Below are positions 1-11,300 of a stretch of DNA of 64,000 nucleotides, piece by piece; within the stretch, counting starts at the first letter, position 1; each line of letters begins with the position of its first letter. The notes under the pieces were generated by a model. The model saw nothing but the letters and a program-made list of their open reading frames with translations. It did no database searches and was not told the DNA's origin. Source of the DNA: Lytechinus pictus (taxonomy: Eukaryota); the NCBI RefSeq assembly GCF_037042905.1, contig NC_087247.1, positions 38,254,001 through 38,318,000 on the forward strand, given 5' to 3'. The position numbers and the translations under genes are program-made.

Positions 1-514
1 AGATTGAAATTTGAAAATCAAGCAGCAATATCATAACTACAGTACATTTTACTCAAAATTTCAAAAATGAAAATCTCTTAATTTGGGCAGAAATGAATTT
101 GCACTGAATTCTTAAAAAATGTTCATAACATCTACGATTAAAAAACACAGACTTGACACTTAGTAGAATTGACGTGATGGAACACTCTCTAAATCCAAAT
201 GTTCTTGTGATCTAAGTCCATCAAGCAATCACTTTCTACACTAATATTTTGTTAAAAAAATGAACAGAATAGCCATCAAGAAATATTTTCAGCTCTCTTT
301 CTAATTTTTCTCATATTTTTAGGGGGATACAGTTATACCAAAAATATGCAAAGGCATGTTTCTGCAACATTATATAAGATGAAATTCTGTTTTCTCCTTT
401 ATTTCGCAATTTATTCTTACAATGGATCAAAATTTTCTTCCGTTTAAGAACTGAAGAAAGCAACTTGCCTATCCAAATTGCCAATTCATATCAATTATTG
501 ACAAAATGTATTAA

Positions 515-546
515 AGGTCAAGTCCACCCCAACAAACACACGCCCT
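515..546. mobile_element. Minimal remnant of a Kolobok/T2-type MITE
   Basis: TTAA-AGGTCAAGTCCACCCCAACAAA...CCT-TTAA. The left end matches the terminus of the 7675-8277 element. Confidence 0.55.
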
Positions 547-1162
547 TTAACAACAGATACACTTTACAATAACAATGCTAACGATCAAACATTATTATGA
601 CAAATGGAAACAAGATTACACGCTAACATGGTTAGTATGGAAAGAAAAGGAGCACATGAACATATATGCGTTTTTGCATATAGTGCATGTATCTACGAAA
701 ATGTAGAATATATACATATAAACTTTAAAAACACATAGGGTATAATACAATACACATGAGTGATGGTACTGATTATACAACAAGTGAGCATAAACTAGCA
801 GGCCTATTAACAGCTCGGCAAACTATCACACACACAATGACATACAACAAAACATAATTATCAAGTCTTTGGCTACACGATTAAAATAATACTAAATAAT
901 GGTTTCAAACATATGATATTGGTTGATTGTGATACTACTTTATAGTGGCTAAATTCGAAGGTATCATGCGGAAGACTTTGAAAAATCCACTTGCATTCAT
1001 CAATTCGTGATGTCGAGTGTTTCAAACTATTCTTCTTCTTCATCATTAATATTATCATGCGAAGATGATATTCATTTAAAATTTCCTTTTTCATACTTAC
1101 AAAATATGCCTTTCCACAAGACGTCAACGCAATTTATTTCAATGATATGCCGTTATTATTGG

Positions 1163-1969
1163 AACAAGGCGGTTCACGAAACAGGAGTCTCGCCTGATTT
1201 CGCGATCAATAAAATATGCAATATGATTTTTTGACCCTTTGATGTCATTTTACCTAATCATCCTCAAGAACACACGTGTGGTAATACCCAAAGATCATTT
1301 GAACCGAGTATGAACACAACTGATGAAGATATATTAAAATAAATGAGAGCAAGTTGAACAAAAACTTGAAAAACATGGACATGACCTCATATCATTTGAC
1401 CTTTTGACCCCTAGATGACCTTTGACCCCATCATCCTCATGAGCACACATGTGGTATTACCCAAGAATCATTTGTGTACCAAGTGCAAACACAGTTGATG
1501 CTGAAATTAAAAAATAAGTGCAATTTTAACAAAAGCTTGACCTTCTGACCCTATCATCCTCAACAACGCACATAAATATTACCCGAGGATCATTTGTACC
1601 AAGTGTGAACATAACTGATGCAGAAATAAAGAAATGAGAACAAGTTGCACAAAAAACTTTAAAAAGGAGATGAACATGACCTCATAATCATGTGACATTT
1701 TGCCTCCCTAGATGAACTTTGTCCCCATTATCCTGGGATACTTGATCATGGACACAGATGTGGTATTTTCCAAGTCATGTTTACCAAGTGTGAACATAAA
1801 TGATGTAGAAATAATAAATGAGAGCAAGTTGAACAAAAACTTTTTCGAACAGACCAACACACTAACGGACTAACAGACCAACAGGAATAGTGTTTACTAG
1901 GCCTGTGCTGAACTCCGTTCAGGCGAGATAACTAGGTCTCTGCCGAACTTCGTTCAGGCGAGACAAAAA
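1163..1969 (-). mobile_element. Helentron/HINE-like non-autonomous element (family B) with internal tandem repeats
   Basis: Sub-terminal inverted repeats GTCTCGCCTGA (about 1186) and TCAGGCGAGAC (about 1954), duplicated terminal hairpin, short ACAGACCA-type simple repeats, and tandem units rich in TGACC. The TTTTTGTCTC...CTTGTT ends are like family A. Confidence 0.7.
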
Positions 1970-2334
1970 TGGTCATACTGATTTAACATGTGCGTTTACA
2001 ACAATAAAAAAGTGTTTAGGTCAGGTTACACTAATCTGTCAGTGCTGTAATCATACCATTAATAATGACAGTGACATACAGCAATAAGACAGAAACAATC
2101 ATCTGTACTGGATTTCGGGAACAAGTACTGTTCATTGTATTATTTCTTCGTTTGGAGAGGTCAGACACAATTCGGGTTATCTTCGGACGGACTTCGGCAT
2201 ACATGTAACTTACAGGGACAAGATGAAGGCAAACATAGTACAAGCGGAGTATACATTCATAAAAATACAATATTGTCTCTTTCAACAGATGAAGTTTATT
2301 CTCGGATCATCCCAAACAGAAGACTGATTAGGGG

Positions 2335-5300
2335 CTAAACTTTTAGTATTTTTCTTCCAGGGTAAGCATCTGAAATCACGTCATTACCCTCTACCAACTT
2401 TATCGGCTTCTCTGGGGGAGGTACCTCTATATTTCCCTCCTCATTTTCGACTGCTGGCTTTGGAGCGCTTTCTGTGGAAGGAATAGGGGACTGCTCGCCT
2501 TTACTGGTGGAAGGTGTGGCTTTGTCATTTTGAGAGGGGGGTGCAGGACTTTGCTGAGGTGGGGCTGGTGCTCGATCCTTCTTTGTTGAGGGATTCCTCG
2601 CTACTCCGTTAACTGAAAAGTAATCACAAAAGAGTGAAACACTTTAACTATATGGTATTATTCTTTTATGAAATGTGAAATTAGTGAAAGTAAAGAATAC
2701 TTAGGGTAAAGAGTAAACTAATAGATAGAGCTTGATTAAAAATCAACTTACCTCCGGCAGTGCTTGTACTGGGTTCGGCATGATCGACTTCGGGTATCTT
2801 GCTCTCTGATGGTCGATCACTCAGGCGACGCGTATTCCCACTGACCACACCCACAGGAGACCCCGCCCCTCTGTAGCGCGTTGCCGAACCATGTGCCCTT
2901 AGTAGCTGTGCCTTGGCCAGTAGAAAAGAGTCATTGGTCTGCATGATCTTGTGGGCATGGCCTGCTTTAGGGGCAACACCATCCTTGTGCGATCGAGCGA
3001 GTAGGAAACTTTCGTCTGTCTGGGTCGCCATACCATCCAATTGAGATTTCTCATCCATTAACTCTAAAGCTACAACGTTCTCGATGCCAAACAGCTCTTC
3101 GGATCTAGACAAAATAGATAGCATCAAGAAGTGATTCGATATTCTGGCAACCAAATGCAATAAACTTTCGAAACAAGAACATTTGCAAGTTATAAAGATT
3201 ATCTCTTCGAGGTTGATACGTACTATTGCGAAAAATCAATAATATTTCACAAGATTTAAGGGTTAAACCAAGAAATTGAGAGTGCTTTGCATGATTAAAA
3301 AAGTTCTTCCTGAAAAAATAACGAATTTTCAACCAACATAGATCTAACTTGTATTTTATTCATGGGGAGACATTGTGGCCGATTTTTTTGTTGCCTTATC
3401 ACCAGGTGAAGTGGCCTTAAAATGCCATTTGGGAAGACATAGCCACTGCAGGTTCTCTACGCAGATTGCTTTTGATCCTTTGCTAGCTTCCAATGGCCAT
3501 TCTTTTGTGGACTGTGAGCAGTCAGGTACAGCAAAATAAAGTTTTCTTTCCATATTTTCTGTTAAAAAACACTAATATAGCAAGGGTTCCCCCCATTATC
3601 CGTCTTAAAAGAAATGACAAAAATTTAAAATTTACAAATATTCTTGCCAGAAGTAAGACTTTTTTAAAGACTGGTACCGTACCTTCCAGTTCGGATGCGT
3701 TTCTTATTGAAGATGTTGATGCAAGTTGCCAGGATGATTGCTAGAACGATGATGCAAGCTATAACGCTAGCTGCGATGATCCCAACATAAAGATCAGCTG
3801 AAGGGAAATGAAGGGAAAGTAATGATTCATTAGTATTTGATTCAGCGCATGAAGAATGCAGACTCTTCAGTCTTATTAATTATATCATGAAAAATAAAGT
3901 ATTTGCGAATTAGAACATGAAATTAAATAAAAATAAAATCTTTAAGAATTATTGATTCCAAGTTTGTTTGAACCCCCCCCCCCAGGAAATCCATCACCAA
4001 ACAACCGAGTAGCTATTGTTTTCATGTTTTAATTTTGCGACGACACATGAGAGTAGTTACAGCAATTATGAATTCCATAAAATGCAACTTTTACATAAAA
4101 GTGCGAATGACTTTGTACCTGAACAATATCAGATAATGTATATATCATATACCTTTTCGGTTATAATTATGCAGATAAAAAAAAAATTATATGGAACTTA
4201 TATTACATTACAATATGGCTGTGCTGCGTGTGACTTCAAATATAAAAACTAAGAATTCGTGAGCTATAATGGATTTCTTTAAACCTTCGTTTAATATACT
4301 TTAATATACTTTTGTACTTATTGAAATCAACTTGATTGTGGGTGGAATTCCTCTTTTACATATGGATCACCAAGGTTTTTTATTTAGTTGTATATTTAAC
4401 TTAAAACAAATATAAGTCAAAGTGATACAGGCACACACAATACTTTTTACAATTTGCACATATAGATTACAGCGTATACATACCAAACTAATTTCATTTA
4501 CAAAATTCAAGTGCGACATAGATACTACAGACAAAATCATGGTCTAATGTGGGGGTTCAGACAACATGTGTAAAATGTTCAAGGCAATTTTATAGACAAA
4601 TGATTTAATCCCCCCAGATGACCATGAGGTAGTTATCTCAATATTTCAAATGAAATCAAAAGATCAAGTGGACTTTTGTTAATGGGGTTTTGAGAATTTC
4701 TGGGCAAGAATGACACCCTCGGCTGGTTGAAGCCAAGGACGTCATCACAATATCAACACAACACAAACAGTTCAGTTCAAAACAGAACACGTGAAAATAG
4801 AGATGATTCTAATTATATATTTTACAATAATTGCATGGATTTCTAATTAAAAGTGAAACGGATAACCGAAAAAAAAATTAACAGGTAAAAACATAATGAA
4901 TCTATGAGGTGAACTAAAGAACAATGAAAGTGCATTCATACGTTTACCATCGCTCTCGTCTTTCCCTATCTCGTGGGTACATCGCGGACCAGTGAAACCT
5001 TCTTCGCAACTGCGGAAATAAAAAAAGAAAGGCACCATTATTGTTCTGCCATTAAACATTTGTACAATATTCTGTGATATTTATATGACATGTTAATGAG
5101 ATGACAACAATTGAACGGGTGTGATATACTTTGTCATTCCTATGTAACGAAAGTTTCATCTAAGACTCACAATTTGTGTAAGAAAGTCGAATACTAGCAG
5201 TTTGTAAAGGAATAATTTACTGTGCAAATTGTAAAGGAATAATTTACTTTGCAAATTCTACATGTATGTGAACAATTTTAATTGTCTGTATTTTTTACCA

Positions 5301-8300
5301 CATATGTTGCAATCAATAACCCGTAAAGCATGTGTAATTCAGTTTTTTACTGCGATATATGTCTATTGAATGAATGAATGATCTGTGACTGTTATACACA
5401 ATGCTAAGAACCATTAATCATCATCACCGTCATCATCAGGAGCAGCAGCATTATCATCATCATCTTCACCATCACCATCACTAAAATCACAATCCTCAAC
5501 AACATCAGCGATTCAGCATCAAATTGTTATTGTCATTATCATTATCGTCATCACCATCACCAGGATTTTCCAAGGGGGGGGGGCACATTTTCAAGGGGAA
5601 AATGTGACAGCAAAAAAAAAAAGGGTTTTAACCCAAAATTAAGGACATTTTGTACACGATAAAGTTTGACAAGCAAAAAAAAAGTTTTTACTTTCAATGA
5701 GGGGGGGGGGACACACTTCTGTTTTAAAGGCATTTTACATTACACATTTTAATTGTACCTGTAAAAGGGAGGGGGGCACGGCCCGGCTTTGCCCCCCCCT
5801 GGATTCGCCAGTGATCATCATCATCATCACCACCATCATCATTATAATAATCATAATCATCACCATCATCATCATCATCATCAAATAAATGAATATGATA
5901 GTGGTGAATCTATAATTACATGACTAAATTTATAAACACGGGTTCATTACATGTATGATATATACAATATTCATCTCTTACTGGCAAGTGATGAAAGACT
6001 GTTGAGCAAATTTTTCACATCTTCCATGAAGACAATATTCAGTATTGTCAGCACAAACAGATGAGCAATCATTCCCTTCAGTGAAGCATTTCATATCGGG
6101 TTTGCAATGTGTGATGTCACATGCAGTATGTATCCTTTCATAAGATCCTTGAAAAAGATAAAACATATTCAGTTGAAAGAATATACATTTATGTGCAAAT
6201 TTATAATGTTAATTTACATTTATTACAGATGTATTAATGTGTCAATGAATGAATGAATCAATTAATTAATCAATCAATCAATCGATGTACATGTATCTAC
6301 CCACCAATTAATCTTTCTATATGTCTATCTATCAAAATGTAAATTTATAAGTATATCTATCCATATACCTCTTCTCCTTCATAATTATGGCCATTATCTA
6401 TCAAATCCACCCGCACCCTCCTTTACTGTGATACTATTGAATATAGAATCCCTCATAGAACAATGACAAAAATGATTAGAACATAATGTTCGCTAAATGT
6501 TCTTTGATAGATTAAATAGAGGATCATACCTTTTACATTCAATACATAAAGCATTTCAACACGAAGGCTTCCAAGTGTTTGGTTCCGTTCAACTATCTCG
6601 TAAAGCACTTTGATTACCCCTCGTCTTTCTTCCAGAGTAATCCGCAACATAAAATCCAGTTTCACAGTTGCTGCCAAACAGTCACCTTCACATTCGCTAT
6701 GAAGAGAACGGAGAAATTCATGTACTTTTGTAATATTAGACACTTTTTACGATAGGCCTACCGAACACTCAAAGACTAAAATATTAAAATATTGATTAAA
6801 TACCCAGTGAAAAGCTACGTTTGAATCATTTTAATGAGATTAAAAAAGTTCTATAATTTTGTCCTATAAATGCATTTCGTGCATTCTTGAAACATGATAC
6901 AGTAAGCTGCATTAGTCCAACCGTAACCGTCGGGTGTACGCAAAATTTTGACATTACGGAGTTTTCGATTAGCAACATACAGAGGATTCGAGAATAGAAA
7001 ATGTATTGCCAAATGCCCACGAAATCTTTCTCGAAAATTGGTGAATCAAAACGGCGGTTAAGTCCCTGTTTCTGGACTAACGACATATTTGCAATTTTTC
7101 GTTAGCTCTGAAACTTAGGACGAAACTGCTGTTCCATTTCACCCATTGTCGACAAAGACCTCCGAGTTTTTCTTTGTCATTTGCCGGGCAAAGTTACTCC
7201 GTTCTTAATTCTTCCGCACGTCGCCGAGCAAAAACGTCCTCTTGGTGTGGTAGAACGCATTTTAAACATAAAATAGGATCGAGTTACATGTTGCTCTCAT
7301 AATTAGTTATGCCTCCTTGAAGATTTATCATTACATCTGTAAAAAATAATATATCTAAAATATATAACTAATTTAGAATGTGTGACATCATTGGCTGTCC
7401 TATCTACAGATGGACCTTTGTGCACATAAAGCTGTTTGGTAAAATGAGCGAAACTTATGAATTTTCTTCTGATTCGTTCTCTGTTTGTTTTGTAACTAAT
7501 GTTTATTTACATCAATTGCAATTCAATAAACATGCAAGAAATAGAATATTTAATGCATATTTCCATCAGTACTGCTTTGGGAGCTTACCTAAATGCAACG
7601 GATGATGTATTGTATTCTTCGACTTTCTCACTCAGAATTGGATTTATCTGTAAGAAAGGGTATTTCATGGTTAAAGGACAAGTCCACCCCAACAAAAACT
7701 TGATTTGAATAAAAAGAGAAAAATTCAACGAGCACAACACTGAAAATTTCATCAAAATCGGATGTAAAATAAGAAAGTTATGACATTTTAAAGTTTCGCT
7801 TCATTTCACAAAACAGTTATATGCGCATCCCTGTCGGTATGCAAATGAGGGAACCGATGACATCACTCACTCACTATTTCTTTTGTATTTTATTATATGA
7901 AATATGAAATATTTTGATTTTCTCGTCATTGTCATATGAAATGAAGTTTCATTCCTCCCTGAACACCTAGAATTCCATTATTTTAACATTTTGTGGTTCA
8001 GGCAATGAGGTCCTAATCGTCAAATTTGTAAAAATTGAAATATTGTATAATTCAAACAATAAAAAACAAAAGGAATAGTGAGTGAGTGACATCATCGACT
8101 CTCTAATTTGGATGTAACTGGCTCGTTCATATTACTATTTTGTTAAAAATAAGCGAAACTTTGAAATGTCATAACTTTCTTATTTTACATCCGATTTTGA
8201 TGAAATTTTTAGCATTGTGCTTGTCTGATTTTTCTCTATTGATTCAAATCAACATTTTTCTGAGGTGGACTTGACCTTTAAAGAAACAGATTCAAGTTAT

Positions 8301-11300
8301 TGTTCGATCTACTTCTCCAAAATAAACAACCAAGCTCATTCACTGTAAACCTAAATTATAAAGGGCCACTGTAAATACTCACTATTCGCTTAATCGCTTA
8401 AAAATTTAGCCAATTGCAGCACCCATAACTCCCTGCCTTCTTTAATCCCCGACATCATTAAGAAGTGTCCCAGAATATCTTTTACTATTTAATCAAATTA
8501 TTTTCATATAATTTTTGTATAATGACATTATAAAATTATTATTAGTGTTATTATTGTTTATTATGCCTGCTATAATAATAATAAATAATTATTAGTATAA
8601 TATTATCATATCAATAATAATAAAAGGAAGATTTAGGATCACTTACAGCATTCTTTATATCTGTTCTCAACGTCCCGTCAATATCACCGTTCGACTTTCC
8701 TGGCAATGTAAATTTGACTTTGATGAAATTATAAACACCTTGTCTCTCCTCGTCTCCTTCTTTATCTAAAGATTGAATAAAACATCATGTTGACAATAAT
8801 AAGTATTATTAAGAATGATAAAAAGTTAAGGTTCGATATAACAATATGACATCATGAAAAGGCAAGGGATGTGCCAGAGGATGGGCACGGAGCGCATTTG
8901 ACCCCTGTGAACTACTATGAAGTAATGGTGAAAAGGCCAGAGAAAGAAAAAGAGGATAAGGGAGAAAGAAATATTTTAAAAAAAGAGTAACTTTGTAATG
9001 CCACTCAAAAACCACTGGCGGCGCCCTTGCTAAAAAATGAAAACATGGGAACTTTTCAGAAAGAAAAGGAAAAAACGTAAAAAGATAACAATGAGAATTT
9101 AAATTAGAGTGGGCTTAGATCGACGAGGATAATCAAAAGGCATACAATGTCAGCTGATGGTAAATAAAAGACGTTTAAATATCACATAAAAAGATAAAAA
9201 TCATGATTAAATAGATATAAATAAATTCTTCAGATGGATTTTCCCTTCTTTAATTAAAAAAAATATTTCCCGCTCTTTTGAGTACAATCATATCAACAAA
9301 CCTGGTGAGAAAGTATTTTCTGTTGTCATAGTAACCGTCTCATCATCGTTGGGTGATGTGGTGACTTCCTCCGTAAACCTCTCCTCTGCTCCTAAGTACG
9401 TCACCTCACTGATGTCTGTTGTAAACTCGGTGGGAGGATCCTGAGTAGTAGGTACTAGTGCGAGGGGAGTGGGGTTATAGAGCATAAAGAAAGTTTGGTT
9501 GCAAAATTATTGATTATTGTTCAGATTATGGATTCGTATCAGGTAAAGTGAAATATATATATATAATGAAAGACATGTAGGAAAGATGTGATCGAAAATC
9601 TCATATAGACTGAGTAATAATTTCAAGGTCTGATAAGTTTAAATAGTAGATTTCAATTAAAAAAATCCTCCCATCTTGTGGATATCCACTACTCGCAGCA
9701 CACAATTTTTATCAATTCTTATTAAACACTTTTAAAATAATGAACATAATATATATTTTGATGAAAGTTCATTGGCGTGAAATAGCATTTGACTTTGATA
9801 CAGTTTACCCGAAATACTCTCATCCACTGGCTAATAACTAATAGGCTGATCCAAGTTTCACAAAATAGTGACTTACAATTTCAAAATTAGTATCTTGAAA
9901 ATAAAATTCTCAAATTTTGTTAATTTTTTGACGAGAATCATACAACAAAGGCAAGGTTCATTGACCCCAAATGATCTGGAAATCATGTCAAATGTACTTG
10001 ATTACCATTCTATCTCAGTTTCATGATAAAGACTTTCAAAATAATATGACGTCATTCCAAAAACTTAACCGTGGCTGAGATTTGATGCTGACGGCGCCAC
10101 CGTCGGAAAAGCGGCGCGTGTAGGCCTGGCCCTATACTCTCTCCTGCTATCCAAGCAATACAATAAATAGCAAATAAGTAGCAAAATATTCTCATCTATA
10201 TAAAATTCGAATCAAATTTTCACACAGATTCAATGGTTGAAAAGTGATGTACCGGTCAATATAATTCGGATAACATTGAAAATATACCGAGATGATAGTC
10301 CGACCTGATTCATAATTGATTTTATACCAAAAGATTTGACAGGCTTGAACCCATTTGAGATAAGTTTATTATGCTATCATACATATTAAAAGATGCACTT
10401 TTTCTGACGCCGGTCTTTCAACTTTCCATTGTTCTTACAAAAAAAATACTTTAATAACAAAAAAAGAGAAAATTTTAGCTCATACGTGTAGACCTGTCTC
10501 TTATTTTATTTTTCAATGTCTTCACATTTTGAGGGCTCCCTACATTTCCTTAGCCAGGGGCACAAAAAAGAAGAAAACTCTGGATTAGTTGAATTCTTAC
10601 GTAGCCGTACCTACAAATCAATGTCATTGTTTACACCAAATCCAAACAAATCTAAAAGCTTTCAAGTATTTCAAGGTTTGTCTGAGTAAAAGTCGCGACC
10701 TGCTTTGGGTTTGATGGATCATGTACAATACGTCTATTCTTATAAACTCAGACCCATTTCTCATGGTTGATATATTATTTTACACCGATCTTCCTCATAA
10801 TATATTATCCTCAAAGGACAAACGCACCTACAGAAAGTTTATTTGAACTACTACTACTTCTACTTCTTAGATAAACGTGATATTTTGCAGCACCACTATC
10901 GGCTTCTGTTTCCCCTCTCTAACTACCTTTATTTCAAACTGCTCTATTTTAAAAACAAAATTAGGCATAATTTTTTTCAGTTTTGACTGATCATGTGAAC
11001 ATATCCCTCTCCACATGTATCGTACCATGCAGGAGACGGTTTGTATTCTATACAGTGTGACCGTACTGTGGTGGTGTAACGCCATACACTAGCCAATAAT
11101 CCTAAAGATTGTCAAGATCGAGACCGGCTTGTTATAGGAAGGAGGTCAAGAAAGGTCATCTATCTTGAAGTCAAAGGTCAAAACACCGCTCCCATGCCCC
11201 GGGCTTGGTATAAACACAGCATCAAAGCAACTACGAATCCGAACAAACCAATTAGGCGCCCTCACTCAAAAGCGGACGTAAATTACTCGTCAAGTTGGTT

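Noticed and set aside
6697-6760. Apparent frameshift or stop (TAA beside an A5 run) upstream of ORF 6453-6743, suggesting a pseudogene
   Set aside because: A good acceptor (ttctccgttctcttcatag, 6697-6698) lies downstream on the minus strand and gives the required phase, so the stop is intronic.
6826-7336. Possible extra exon of the SEA-EGF gene (acceptor near 7337, ORF 6826-7086)
   Set aside because: All three frames hit stops soon after the acceptor, there is no recognisable domain, and the flanking exons join in phase without it.
10601-10610. 10-nt AG/GT-bounded microexon candidate on the minus strand
   Set aside because: It would shift the reading frame and has no other support.
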